Of a DNA stretch of 64,000 bases, positions 35,728-49,183 are shown in pieces. The notes below the pieces were generated by a model. That model was not told the origin of the DNA. It worked only from the letters and a program-made list of their open reading frames with translations, and did no database searches. Within the stretch, counting starts at the first letter, position 1. Every line of letters begins with the position of its first letter. The position numbers and the translations under genes were made by a program. This stretch comes from Vitrella brassicaformis CCMP3155. Its lineage: Eukaryota > Protista > Chromerida. The DNA lies in NCBI GenBank assembly GCA_001179505.1, contig CDMY01000404.1:1-64000 (forward strand). The letters run 5' to 3'.

Positions 35728-36621
35728 ATGTTTGTGTGGGTGGCCCTGACCCTCCCCTGGACGGCCCTGTGTGCGCAACAATGCGGCATCTCGTTCAGCC
35801 CTCGGCCCCAGGGCACCGCCAAGATAAGCGACGCGATGATGAACACAGGGGCCCTGACGAACCTCGACAGCTTCACGCTCTCCCAGTCCAAGGCCCTGCC
35901 CTCCCTCCTCACCAAACAGCAGCAAACACAGCTCCACGCCCGACAGGCCCAGACGGCCACCTTCCAGACCATCCTTGAAGACAAGAGGGGGCAGAATGCG
36001 ATGTTCAAGCAGCTGTTCGAGGGCAAGCTCACCGCGATTGGCAACGGGGCCGGCATGGCACCCGGACAGCGCACTTCCATCACTGGGCTGGGCAAGGAAC
36101 TCGAGCAGGCCTTGGCGAAACTGGCTGCCGCGACCAGTGAGGCGGGCGTGACACACAAGTTCTCATTCGGCAACTTCAAGATGACCCCTGACGGCAAGGT
36201 GAGTGAGGCGTCAAAGACCGCCTAGGTAGGCATGTTTGTGCCATATGTGTGTGTGTGTGTGTGTGTGACCGTAGGTCTTCAATGACCGTGGCGAGAAGGT
36301 TTATGAGGTGTCGAAGGAGGCCCTCCAGGCCAGCAAGCGCCTCAACCCCAATTACACGGACAGCGCCATGACGCCGGCAAAGACCACAGGCGAGCTGCTG
36401 GGGCTCTCATCATCCCGGCCACCCAACAAGGGCACGATGGCCACAGCCGATCAAGCCAACAACAAGAACCAGTGCCAGAACCAGTGCCGCCCCACCACGT
36501 GCGCGCGGCAGCCGACGCAAGAGACACCACGGCGACAGCAGCCGCCCCTTCCCCAGCCCGCACAGAAGCACAAAGAGGACAAAAGAGACGAAAGCAGCAA
36601 GGACCAGAGGAAACAACAACA

Positions 36622-36652
<31 letters not shown>

Positions 36653-37219
36653 AAACAGCCGGAGACCTTACTTGCCAAGAAGGAGAAGGAGCCCCCGGTG
36701 AGATACGACACGCCCCAGCTGCTGCCGCAGCTGCCCGCCACGAGCAACCTCAACTCTCTCGGCGGCCACCCGACCCTCTTCCCGCATCTTGGCCATCATC
36801 ACGGACAAGAAGAAGATGACATCGCTCCTTCGTCCGTGCCAGCTCTCTGCATGGACTGCGACACATTGCTTGTGACCGACCCCGCCACCGGCGAGACGTA
36901 CCGTTCTCACGACCAGGAAGATCACATGACGGTCATCACGCCCCCTCCCGCCCCCCTCGCCTATCTGTCCCGCCCACCGACCCAAGCGCATCGGGGCCCT
37001 CTGAAGGTGCGTGTGCAGGGGGCGGTCAACAAGAAGCTCGGCGACGGGATGCAGCAGCTGCGGATGGTGCTGAGCATGCACCTGCTTTTCGGGATTGGGC
37101 GGGGGAAGTGGAATAATGAGAGGCAGGGAGTGATGCTGGGCAGCAGGGTGCAGCTCGACTGTGGGCAGGTGCTGAGCGCCAGGGAGGGGAGGCGGTGCGA
37201 GGAGCGGTCCAATTGGTGA
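35728..37219 (+). CDS. Hypothetical protein (poly-Q, possible B-box-like CxxC..H..H motif)
   Basis: ORFs 35728..36225 and 36308..37219 join via intron ~36199-36274 (KMTPDGK|VFNDRGEKVYEVSKEAL). Coding-like codon usage. Start and end uncertain. Confidence 0.6.
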
Positions 37220-38265
37220 AGGAGGTGGAATTGGTTGGACGTCTGAATCACGTGTGTGGATGTCCCATTGCTACCCTTCGCTAAGCTATGCCACACTGCT
37301 GTGTGTGGGCATTGCTGGCATTGCAGGCGGGCAGGGTTTTGACCGTTTGTTGGTGCTTGCTGTGCGTTTCTTGGTTAGTCGCGTGGTGGTTTGGTCGTCT
37401 GGGGGGTCAGTTCTAGTAGGGTGTGGCGTCAGACTCAATCAAGAGATGTTTTCTCTGTTTGTGAAAAGTGAGAGAGAGAGAGAGAGGAATTGGCGGTCGG
37501 GTGGGTGGGGTGGGTGGGAGAGACCGATTTAGGTCAGTCAGCTTGTCTGTTTGTCTGTCTGTCTGTAGATCAGTCAGCGTGTGTAGATCCTAGCCAATTA
37601 ATGTGAGAGTGAGAAATCTCTTAGCGACCGACGGACGACGGACGATACGCGTGGCATTGAGCGTTGATCGGATTGTCGTGTGTGGATGTGAAGGTCAGTC
37701 CTGAAGGCCACTCAGTCAGTTCCCTCTTCCTTCCTAGTGTCAGTCGCTCTCTTAAACCTCCCTCCCTCCCTAACCTTCCTTGGTACCAAACGACGGGCAA
37801 CACACAGACAGACATCGTGCAAGGCAGGCTCTTCACCCGCCACCCACAGACATGCTGCCCACTTAGCCAATTACCTGGCGCACACAGACACATTGACAGA
37901 CACATCAAGATGGATGGATGGATGGACGGGTGAATGGTGGGGGTGAGTGGGTCGGTGGACGGGAGAAAAACGATGGGGCTGGCTGGATGAAAGAACATCA
38001 TGACTCACACAGACACACAGGCGGCCACACTGATGCACGCACGGATGGAGGCAGACAGACCTGTTTCTTAGACGGACGGACGGCAACAAAGCAAAACGGT
38101 AGACAGACAGACAGACCATGGCTGGATGTGTGTGGCATGCAGAGCAGTCAAGTAGGGAGGGAGTCCGGGTGTCTTGTCGAACATCGGTGTTGGCTGCCTG
38201 GCTGCACCCTCCCTCTCCATCCATCCATCCCTCAATCATCACTTGTGGTCTGGCTGCTGGTTGAG

Positions 38266-40219
38266 TCAGTTCTTGCCCTTGCCGCCCTTGCCACCAACCT
38301 TGGCTGAAAGCCAAACACGCACACACAAAGAGACAGGGAAGCCGTAAGACGTTCGCACGCTTCGCTGTCCGTCTGTCCGTCTGGCTGTCTGTCTGTCTGT
38401 CTGTCTGTGTCCATACCTTTCTTAGAAGATCCTTCCTGTGCGGCGGATGATGCGCGTTTGCCGCCCTGTTTGGCCTTTGGCTTGGGCTTGGCGCCCTGCT
38501 TGGCCTTCGGCACTGCTTTGCCTACACTCACACACAACACACGAGACACGAGACGCCAACCGCAGAGACCAATGTATTGATGTGGACGCGCGTGGCCTCA
38601 CTGACTCGCCCACCCTTGCCGGCAGACTTGTCGCCCTCCTCGCCCTCGCCCTCCTCATCCTCCTCATCCTCATCCTCTTCTTCGTCGTCCTCCTCCCCAG
38701 CTGATGTCCAAATCACAAACACACATAGACACCACACACAGACGGACAGGGCAATGTGCTTTGGGCATTCAGTCAGTCGGTTGCCGCGTCAGCTCGTCTA
38801 TCTACCCTTTGCGAGTTCCTCGTCGATCTCGGCGTCTGTCATACCAAACTTGCGCAGCTGGGCGCGGAGCGCTGGCAGAAACAATCACGCACACACACAC
38901 ACACACACACACGTGTGTGATTCAATGCTGGTCCACGTGTGTGTGTGTGGTTGCTGCCTCACCCTCCTCGTCCTGAACGTCGTCATCATCGTCTTCCTCG
39001 TCATCATCCTCATCCCCGCCAGCCACCACCATGTCGGCCGCTGATACACACACACATACACACATGGATGGCATGTTGTCGTGTGATGTCACCCACTGAC
39101 TGACCTTTCGCCTTGGCCTTGGCCTTGGCCATGGCCTTCGTTGCGGCGACCTTGGCCTTTGGCTTGGGTGCAGCCTTGGACTTGGCCTTGGCCTTGGCCT
39201 TGGCCTTGGCAGCAGCATCCACCAACATCGGAGCTGATACCATTCCACCCGACAACACCCACAATAGAACAGGGAGAGAGTGAATCCACGCATTGCATTC
39301 CACATCGTTTGTTTGTTTCTGTCTGTCTGTCTGTCTGCGTGGAAGCTCTTACCTTCCTCCTCGTCCTCTTCTTCATCCTCGTCCTCGTCGTGAAGGGCAC
39401 GCTGCCGCTGACACACACACACACACACACACACACGCAGACAGAGAGAGAGAGAGAGCGAGCCGTCCACACCACCCACCCTCCCACCAAATGTGCCAGT
39501 GCCCTCACAGCGCTGATGTTGCCCATGAGTTCGTCCTCGTCTTCATCCTCATCCTCGTCGAATTCGTCGAAGTCCGGCTCGTAGTAGCCCGTCACGTGCA
39601 CCGGCACCTTGCCGCTCACCGTCAGGCTCAACTCGCGCATGCCCACGTCCAAAAACAGGTCGAACGACGTCGACTCACACTGAAAGAAGATATGACCAGG
39701 GAGAGAGGGAGGGAGAAATGTGATGTGAAAGGGGTTGCTGGTGGACGGACGTACCTTGCCCTTCTCGAGGCTGCAGACGTTGTACTTGACCTGGTCGTGG
39801 GGCGTGAGGACCTGAAGCGTCGCCTTGCCGCTGCCATCACCCAAACACGCCTACACACACACACACATATGGATGCAGGGATGCACCGAGAATGAATGCA
39901 CTCCCTACAGATGCCACCACCGTCACCGTGGGTGCGTTCCGTTCCCCTCCCCCGCCTCCCCCGCCTCCCCGGCTCTTCTGTCGTGTTCACTCACCGACGA
40001 GAGGTGGAGGATGTCCCCCAGCAGGTTCTCCAGAGGCACGGGCTCGTCAGGCTTCACTATCGCGCCTGCATCACACCGCATCACATCACATCATATCACA
40101 CCACACACACCCGCAACGCACCAGAATGCTCAGCGAGACCAGACCCCCTCATGCGTCGATGAATCCCCTTTGCCGCGATCTGGGGTATTTCGCGGTTGGG
40201 TTGTCTTACCGAAAAACAT
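38266..40219 (-). CDS. Nucleoplasmin-like (NPL-domain) acidic histone chaperone
   Basis: MFFG|AIVKPDEPVPLENLLGDILHLSS|ACLGD..KATLQV..YNVCSLEKGK..DLFLDVG..LSLTVSGKVPVHVTGYY. This is the NPL fold signature (MFWG..LHLS.ACL..VHL.GY), followed by alternating D/E tracts and KAKAK tracts; ends KKAKVGGKGGKGKN*. Confidence 0.88.
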
Positions 40220-40611
40220 GGTGGTGGAGTTCGCAGCGAACAGGGAAAATTGCCCTGGAGGAATGTGTAGGGTTTGAAACCCTGTGGACCGAACCCTGCT
40301 ACTGCCGCGCACGCAGTGTTTCCATGCCACACGCGCCATCTGGAATGATTGATTTTCTGCTGTAGACGTGGGCCTGCACGTCTTCAATTCCTTCCTCAGT
40401 CTACTATCTCCGCCAGCAGCCTCGGTGTGTTCCGCCGTCATCTGTGCCTTCGTGACATGGAGAAATCCTGCCTATGGTGGCAGCACCCCCTTGTCAGACG
40501 TACACAGACCACGCCAGAACACACACGCCGTACTGGCCGGCTAGCCTCCCGTCACACACACACACACGGAGAAGACAGCCCCTTCACCCACCCACCCAGA
40601 GAGCAGCGTGT

Positions 40612-41186
40612 TCACTGAGACACCAGTGCAAACACGCTGTCTCTGCCATGGTCGGCCGTCACCGGCAAAAGCTCCCGCCCGTCGGCCTCCCTTGCCCCGC
40701 CCCCCTCACTCTCGGCCATTGCGCGGCCGATCTGTCTGCGGAGGAAGTGCATCTTCTCGTGTTCGCTGCGCAGAGGCTCCCAGTCAAAGTAGGGGACGAG
40801 CGCCACGTGCCACCCCATGGCTCTCAGGAGGCGGTGGCGCGCTCGTGACCAGGCCGTCCTGAGGGAGAGAGAGAGAGAGGAGGTCTGATTTGGTTCTGTG
40901 TGGCGATGGGTGGGTGGGTGGGTGGGTGGGTGGGTGTTGGGTGACTGACTGACCATTCTATCTGAGTGCCGTCCATCTCTGTGTAGAAGTCGTTGGGCAG
41001 ACCGACCTACACACACACACACACACACACACAAACAGGGTACGGAGCCCATATTACATGTGTGTGGATGTACATCTGTTGTGCGTTGGTCAGTCAGTCT
41101 GACCTCGATGACCACTTTGTAGTGCGTGTCTGCGATGTGTACGACGAAGGGCGCCGCATCCACCAGCAAAGAAGGAACCAGATACT

Positions 41187-41219
<33 letters not shown>

Positions 41220-44200
41220 CAGAGAGGAAGAGATGGAGAGAGAGACAATGACCAGCACTCAATGCATCCATCCACGAACGCACCCCGGGCTGTGCTGGCT
41301 GACCATGGTCTTGGCGATGCGGTGGTTGGCGAGCATCTCCAAGTGTTTCCACACATCCCTCTCCAGCGCATTCAGGGCCCTCTCGCCACGACCGCCCTCA
41401 CACCCACCCTCACTGAGCTCATCGGCGGTGTCAACCTCCGTCAGATCAGCAGTGGGAGGGAGGGCTGGTGCCGGTGCTGGTGGTGGTGGTGGTTCTGCTT
41501 GCGGCTCGAGCAGTGAGGTGAGGAAATGGTAGAGGGGCAGAGTGGATGGAGAGACGTCACCTGCACGCGCACACACACAGACACAGGCACACACGATGTC
41601 GCCCGCGTGGCTCCATCTCTGTCTGGTTTGGTCTGACTGGCTTCGATGCGGTGGCAGTGGGTCATGCTGCACGCGGCGAGCTTCAACAGAGGCAGCGACG
41701 AGCCGTCAGCACGGACACGGCGGTGATGTGCTGCACACACAAACAACACAACACACCACTATACAGGACACCCGAAGACACTCCCCCCCACTTTTGGCAG
41801 CCCTGCCCTGCCGACCCGCTATCCCATCCAGGAGCTGGATGAACGCCGATCGTGTGTGTGGCGAGGTGTCGTTCCACAGAATGAGGGCCGACAGCAGCCG
41901 CAGCATATCGGACAGGTCGCTGGACGCACCGAGGGGGATCAAAGGGAGACGGTGAGAGAACACGCGAGTCAGCAGGCTGGCAGTCTGACACACGCAGACA
42001 CACAGACAGACAGACAGACAGGCAGACAGACGGAGAGACGGAGAGACGGAGAGAGAGGGATCACCACAGCCAAACAGACACACACACACACACACACACA
42101 CAAGGTTGCACGCTCACTTTGTCGTTGAGCTGCCCGAAGAGGTCGCTGTGTGGGAAGCCCAGTTTGGTGAGGCCGAACGCCACGCGAGAGAGGTCGGCGA
42201 GGTCGAAGGAGGCGGGCAGCGGCTGCAGGGCCTCCGTCAGGGCGAGCAGCAGCTGGTTGTCCCGCAGATCCATCGACCCCCACACATGGACCTGACCGCA
42301 CACACGCGCACAGATGGCCTCTCGTCTATGTGATTGATGCATGCCTTGTTCCCCCACCCCTCCCTCCCTCCCTCCCTCCCTCCCTCCGCCACTCACTGAC
42401 CAGCTGTGCGATGACTTTGGTGTCGTCGTCAATGCTCTTGGCCTGCAGGATGGCTATGAGTGCGTTGGAGATGCGACCGAATCGCCGCCTCTGCTGACCA
42501 AACACCGGCCGCAGTCGAGCCAGTGTTGAAGCCACCAGCAGCAGATCGCGGGGCGGGAAGACATCCAGGTTGATACGCGCCTGAACGAGACACACCAACA
42601 AAGCGTTGCGTGATGCATGCGACACATGACATGAGGGGTGGGGGGAACTCACCTGGTCCCATAGCGTCTGCCAGACGTCTTTGTCTTCCACCCGGCCCCG
42701 CTGCATGCCCTCCATCATCCGCAACACCTCCCGCGCCCCATACGGCCGCACCCACTTCATGAGGTGCCCCTTGGCGCCCTCACACACGATGCCCCACCCC
42801 CTGCCCTCGCCCCCACACAAGGCCGCCACGTGACACACGAAATCCGCCACCTCATTCGGCCCCCAGGCGCCCTCGTCCATCCCCAGCCTCTTCACGGCCA
42901 CCGGTGCGATAGCATCGATAAACGGGGAGACATCCATCGGCTCTGCACACGACTCAACCGCCATTCGCAAGCCGGCCACCATGCGCAAGAGAGTCTCAAT
43001 GTCGGCGAACTGGTGCGCTTGGCTTGTGGCGCGAGCCACCAGGGCGTTGATGAGGTCAGGGGAGGTGAATCTGAGGTGGGCCAGGGCGCTGAGGCATCCG
43101 GCGATCACGAAGGGGGGCGACGAGGGGAGGGAGGCCGCCAGCCGTTGTGAGAGCAGAAAGAGGGGCTTGTGGACGGATTGCGGCGCACAGCCGGCGCGCT
43201 GAAACGCCGTCAGCAAGCTGTGCACGCCCTGAATGAAACACAACAAAATGCACCAACCAACGTGACTGTCGGGTCAGATCCCACTCACCCCCCTCCCCCT
43301 CCCTGCCTCACCACCGGCGTCAGTTGGCCGATCTTCGCGGCATCGAGCGCCTCGCAGATCTTCCCAATCCACTCGTCTTTGGCCATGGCGCGGTTCAGCT
43401 TGGTGAGGTCGTTGGCCACCATGGCCAGGGAGTTGGGCGAGAGCTCGCCCAGACGCGCCATCAAGTGCACCACAACAGAGTGCGACAGCCGGCTGTCGCG
43501 GTCGCCCCGCATCACGTGGGCATGCAGCAGCTCTGCCAGGTCCGTTGGGCTGCATTTGGGTAGCATTTCGCGGAGCCTCTCGCTCAGATCGGTCAGCGAC
43601 GCCTTGACCCACTCTGGCCGCGCCAGGGCGACGTCGAAGGACATGTCGAGCTCGCTGTTTGGGAACATCCCCACGGGCCCCTCCTCTCCCTCAACCGTCC
43701 CAGTCACCTCACCCCCACCACCACGTGTGCGGGGCTCCATGGTCATGGCGTCGGGCACACCAGCAACACCGACCTTCTTGCCCAGCTCCACCCACAATGG
43801 CGGGCTCTTCATGGGCCGCGGTCTCCTGTATTTGCTGAATTCTGGTGGTGGGCGCTGCGTGACATTCCAATGGGGGTCTGATGCCAGCAAAAAGTTGGGC
43901 GGTGTGGGGCCTTTGACGTAGAGGGCGTAGAGAGAGACGAGGTCGCGGGGCGGGGCGGTGGGCGTGTGTATGAGGGATGCCGAGTGGACCAGGTGCATGA
44001 AGGCCGGGGTGAGGTAGTCGAGCTGCTGGAGACACTGCACCACACCCACCCCACACACGCAAACATGCCGAAGACATGCATCGCATCAATCGGCGTGTGC
44101 GTGCAACCAACACAGGCAGGTCCGTACCAGGGCGACATTGACAAGTTGTGATGAGCTGAATGTGGGCAGTCTCGGCGCACCAGCCTGCATGACCAACACG

Positions 44201-45801
44201 AGAAAGGGGGAAGACACCGCTCCTCCTTCTCTGCACATGCATTTGCTTTCGTGTTGTTCATTGAGCTGACCCGTGTGAGTTTCCTCACAATGGGCACAAT
44301 GAGGTGCCGTCTGCCCTCCTGGCTGCGCAGTATAGACTGCAGCAACGACGCATAACCCTGGAGACAGACCGCTCACATGCACACAGAACAATCAACCATT
44401 GTGCCACCAGACGCCCTCCCCAGATATGCATATGTATGTGCCTGTGCCACCCACTATCTCTCTCTCTCTCACCTCGGGCCTCAACTCCGCCACAACTCGA
44501 CTCAGCTCCCGCGCCACCTGCTTCCAAAACTCCCGCTTCTCAACCATCCTCACGCCACTCCCCTCCTCCTCCCCTCCCCCGTCTTCCACCACCACCACGT
44601 CCTTTCTGTGTGTCTTCCTGGGCGGGTCATCGATCAGCACGTCCTCCTGGAACCGGACGGCGATGCTGACGAGGTGCGGCAGATCGGTGCTGTTGGCTCG
44701 GGTGAGGAGGGAGGGGAGGGAAGGGGCCAGTTTGGCCAGGAAGGAGGCGTGTGGGTGGTCGAAACGGATCAGCGTGTTGCCGATCAGACAGACGCCTGAT
44801 TGATGTGATGCATCCCCCCATGACATCATGCATGAGAGCGAGCATCTGCTACTCCGTGTCTGTCGTGTTGGTTACTTCTCAGTGGTAGCTCCTCGAATTG
44901 CTCCGTCGCCCGTGTCACAAGATGGTGGAGCAGGGCGTGGTTGGGGCCGAATGGTGGGTGGTGCGAGAGGATGTGGATGACGCGGGAGAGCTCCAGCGGA
45001 GTGCGGGCACACGCCTGACAGACACACCACACACACGACAGACAGTCACGCCCATGTATGTCATGTCATCCATCGGCCTGCCTCTTCTGCTCTCGTGTGC
45101 TGACTGACGACTCACCGCTGCCTTGCGTATGGCCTCCTGGAAAAGCTGCCGGTTGCCGGTCTTACCGTGCCGCACCGCCGCGTCACACAGCGCCGACACC
45201 ACCGTATACACGCTTCGGCCCATCCCATCGTCGCCATACACAACGGCACGCCTTTCCTTCACTTTTGTTGTGGGTGGTGGTGGTGGGATGGCCCGCGGCC
45301 CTCCCGCTCCGAAGGTTTCGAGGTCGTAGTGGTCAGGGATGGATGTGGCCTCGGACGGCAGCGGGGAGTCGATATCCGCTGCTGACCGGAGCAGCGCATC
45401 TGAGCCGCCAACCACACCCAGCAGAAGAGGAGAAAGAAAGAAAGAAAGACATATCAGAACCATCCATGTGTGTGTTGTGTTGTGTTGTCTTCTCTTCTGT
45501 TCTGTTGCTTGCCTTGTGCGAGCCTGGTGCTCTTGAGGTGTTTGCCGTTGGTGCTGAGGACGATGGGCACCTTCTGCTTGAACCGCCGGTTTGGCCGCAC
45601 GAAGATCGGGTCGGACTTGATGACGCCAGAGGCCCTCTCCGGACCATCGTCTGCCCGTGGCCACCTCTTGACCGCCGTATCCTCCCCCTGCGCCGACATC
45701 TGCACGCTGGCTGCTCCCGCAGCACCTGTGCTCGCCGCTGCAGTGGACATCTGGCGAAAGAGAGGGGTGGTGGACGGCCGAGAGAGGCCGCGGGAAATCA
45801 T
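40612..45801 (-). CDS. RAP-domain helical-repeat (FASTK/HPR-like) RNA-binding protein, probably mitochondrial
   Basis: C-terminal RAP: YKVVIE|VGLPNDFYTEMDGTQIEWTAWSRARHRLLRAMGWHVALVPYFDWEPL..EKMHFL. Upstream helical repeats (SPNSLAMVANDLTKL, DLADLSRVAFGLTKLGF, STDLPHLVSIAVRF, PLELSRVIHILSHH). N-terminus MISRGLSRPSTTPLFRQMSTAAA resembles a mitochondrial presequence. Confidence 0.85.
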
Positions 45802-46267
45802 CTCGCTCTCTCAAGGCCGCCGGTTTCGTCGCACTCGTGGCTGCCGCGTGTTGTATGTAAGAGCCTCTGAGTCACCGGCCGCGTCGCATATAGAAGAGAT
45901 CTGTGTGCCGAGCCCGCCTCACTCATGCGGCTCCGCCCCCGGCCGCATTGCCGCCGTCAATCTCGTCGACGTTGAAGCAGTGTGAGATGAGGACTGTGTA
46001 TAATACGACGACGAAGTATATGGACGAGAGTTCGTCGAACTCTTGCGTGAGGTAGAGGAAGAGGAAATAGAAAGTTATCCACATGGCGCAAACGCGTCGA
46101 CCACGTCAAGATCCATCGAAGATCAGAGGAAGCGCCTCCTTATTGCTGACACTTCGCACTTCGCTAAGCTCGCAGCGTGGCGATTTGTCCGTCTGTCGGC
46201 GAAATGAAGCACAGGGGTGTCGGGCTGGTGTGCATAGACGCCAGACATCACTCATGAGCCGAGATCT

Positions 46268-47530
46268 ATGGAAACTCTCATCGCTTCACTCGCCTTCATC
46301 AGCCTCTTGATGACGGCTTCCGGCTGGCTGACGGCTGCTTATCAGCGCTTCTCGACGTTCCCACTGGACAAGAGGAAGTGTGCGCGACCGCAGTGCTGCC
46401 CTGCCAAAGGTCCTCCGCTGCATTTGCATCATGCGACTGCGCACTGCGTGCTGATGGGCCTTGAGGACGCCTCATGGAGGGCAGATGCGGCTTCGCGGCG
46501 AAGCGCCATTGCAGCTGCGGCGGTGCCTGCAACGGTCCTTGTGCCTCTCACGGCTCTATTGCCAGCCTCTGCTGATGAGTCGGAGGCGAGAGAGGATGCA
46601 CCAGCGTCTCCGGACGCCGTCTTTCTCAACGAGACCACACCAAAGTAGGCCAACAAGCGGAAGATACACCAAACAAGACATCCGTCGATTGTTCTATACT
46701 TCCATTGTTGTCGCATCAGGATCACAGCTCGTTGTTGGTTGGAGATTGCCGAGGCGCCGAAGACAGCTGATGGCGCTCCCCTTCTCCTGGGCCGCCTCAA
46801 CATCTCGGTTTATGGCGAGATTGTGCCCAAGACGGCAGACAACTTTATCCAGCTGTGCAGCTCGGGCAGTTACCAAAACAGCACTATCTACCGGATCGTA
46901 AAGGACTATGCCCTGCAGATGGGCGACATCGGTGCGGCCGGCACGGGCAAGAGCGGCCGCAGCGCACAGCCCGACGGCTCACCGCTGCCAAAGGAAAACA
47001 CGCGCATCCGCCACTCGGTGCCGGGCCATGGTGTGGTGAGCATGGTGCGCGACCTCAAGACCAAGAAGGTCGACAGCCGCTTCTTCATCACTCTCGTGGA
47101 CGACGCCGGATGGGCCGACTCGCGCTTCGTGGCGTTCGGAAGGGTGCAAGGAGGAGAAGGGTTGATGGAGCAGCTTGGGAAAGAGAAGGTGGAGCCAGTG
47201 ACCAACAGGCCGGTGCGCAAGCTCATCATCGCTGACTCGGGCGTGTACGGCCCCGATGAGCCCTTGCCCGTATCCCCGCCGCCATCAGCACAGTCCATTG
47301 TTAGCGCCAAGCCACGGCCGCTGCTGCCGACCGTCACCTCCCCAGCCGAGCCAAGGAAGGGTCTGTTTGATGGACTGCTGCCGTCGTTGGGTGGTGGAGA
47401 GGGCGGGGGGGAGATTCAGTCGACCGATTCTGCTGACAGGGAGGCAGATCGTGTGCGACGGGCCAGAGAGGCGCAGGAAGAGATCAGACTGCGGAAGAAG
47501 AGACAGACAGAAAGGGAAAGCGGCGAGTGA
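46268..47530 (+). CDS. Cyclophilin-type PPIase, plastid thylakoid-lumen targeted, degenerate active site
   Basis: One intron 46645-46719. Cyclophilin core GRLNISVYGEIVPKTADNFIQLC..STIYRIVKDYALQMGD..GVVSM..SRFFITL..WAD.RFVAFGRV. Leader = signal peptide + transit peptide + SRR..hydrophobic..ASA|DE. Confidence 0.9.
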
Positions 47531-47739
47531 ACGACTAGAGAAAGAGTGTATGGCGAGGCGAGTGTGCTGGTTGAAATTAATGGTGTCCAGAGGGATCATG
47601 CAATTGACGGAGACGAGCAAAGAAGGTGCATACTAAGCTGGTCGACTGTTGACTGATGCGTTTGGACCTCTCATACACCTTTGGAGAGAGGTGTGCTGTG
47701 TGGTGCTTCTGTTGTTGTCTTGCGAGCGAGGGGGTCGTG

Positions 47740-48310
47740 AGGGGGTCGTGTGTATGTCCGGATGGATGGATGGATGCATGGATGCTGCATGTGGTGCGGT
47801 CTGAACAGTCGTGCTATCTACCCCTCTGTTGGTATCGTCGTTCGGTTGGGTGTGGGAGGTCGATTCTGGCTCGTTTGAGATCGACATCCGTGCCCTCTGC
47901 AGGAATGCCTGGACCCAGGTGTTTTTGCACTGGGCAGCGTGCCGTGTGTCAAATGAGCCAGGACCGGCCAACATCCAAGAGAGCTCAAAGAATGGAAGAG
48001 CCAGAGACTGACAGGTGTGTGGTTGCTGCCTGTGTGCAAGGGTGGGCTTCTCACTCTCGGTGCCGTGATGGCTCATCGCCGCTGCATGTCAGCAGTGTCG
48101 GTGTGACATGACGGCACTGTGTCTCGGGAAGCCCACAGCGATGCACAAAGCGAATGACACACGTGTGTGAATGGGTGGGTATGGTTGGTGTCAATCCACA
48201 GGCATTCATTCAACGAACATGCAAACATCCACACGCACATCCAGGAATGAAATGAATGTGTCCGTCCATCGCCAACACGCAGACCACCCATCCATCCGCC
48301 TGTCATCCAT
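47740..48310. repeat. Orphan ~550-nt dispersed repeat, copy 2 (inverted partner ~21920-22480)
   Basis: Reverse-complement alignment by eye with 21920-22480. Confidence 0.85.
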
Positions 48311-49183
48311 TGCACAGAGAGCAGGAGAGGCCCACACTTGCAACTGCACTTCCGTCAGCTTATCCCTACTGCTGCCTCGCTCCACCCCCAGCCCTTTCTC
48401 GCTGGCCCGGCTGTGTGAGTGCAAGGGAGAGAGGGAGGGAGGGAGGGAGGGAGGCAGCAGACGTGAGGGCGCCGAAGTGCAAAAGACCCAGTGGCACACA
48501 GGCAGCCAAAAGTGGAACGCACGAATGGATGGATGTGTCTATGCCTGTCTATCTATCTGTCTGTCTAGAGGTCTACATGCCTTGTGCCGTGCCCTCCACG
48601 TGTTGTCTCTTCGTCTGTCTGGCCGTCTCTCTTGCCGATACGCTTGTGCTATGCTGTCTGTCTCCGTCTGTCTGTCCATCTGTATATCTGTGTGTGTTGA
48701 TTACTATCGCTCCGACCGTCGACTGACTGCCGTGGTGTCCTGCCCGTGCGTGATAGCGTGTGAGAGTGACTGATGGATGGATGGATGGATGCGTGTGCGT
48801 GGTGTCTCTCTGTCTGCGCGTGGTGGACTGATTTATGGATTGATTCAGCCGATCCACGTATGCTTTTGCAGCTCCCATGCACGCCCGAGAGCGGCACACC
48901 CGGCCGCCACACAGACACGAAGGCCGACCGACGCAAATATGTTCTCTCAGGCGCTTGCACCCTTGTCAAGGTCGGGTGGTGTCTCACCCACCTCGTCGTC
49001 TCATTATTCTCCCCCGGCTCAAACACGTGCACGCCCGCTTCGTGATCATGAACATTTGACACATCAGCGAGCAGTCATTTCTACACACCATGAGTCTGGC
49101 CGTCAGCTATGCTACGCGTCTCTCCCTCCCCTCTATCGTCCATCCATCCATAGCTGCTGCATACCACGAATTCAGCTAAGTGA

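Noticed and set aside
36610-36655. CAG/CAA poly-Q tracts here and at 59098-59122
   Set aside because: Ordinary low-complexity coding repeats in a microsatellite-rich genome.
48649-49062. 137-aa minus-strand ORF downstream of the importin-like gene
   Set aside because: No recognisable motif, it runs into microsatellite sequence and has no supporting splice chain; likely 3'-UTR.
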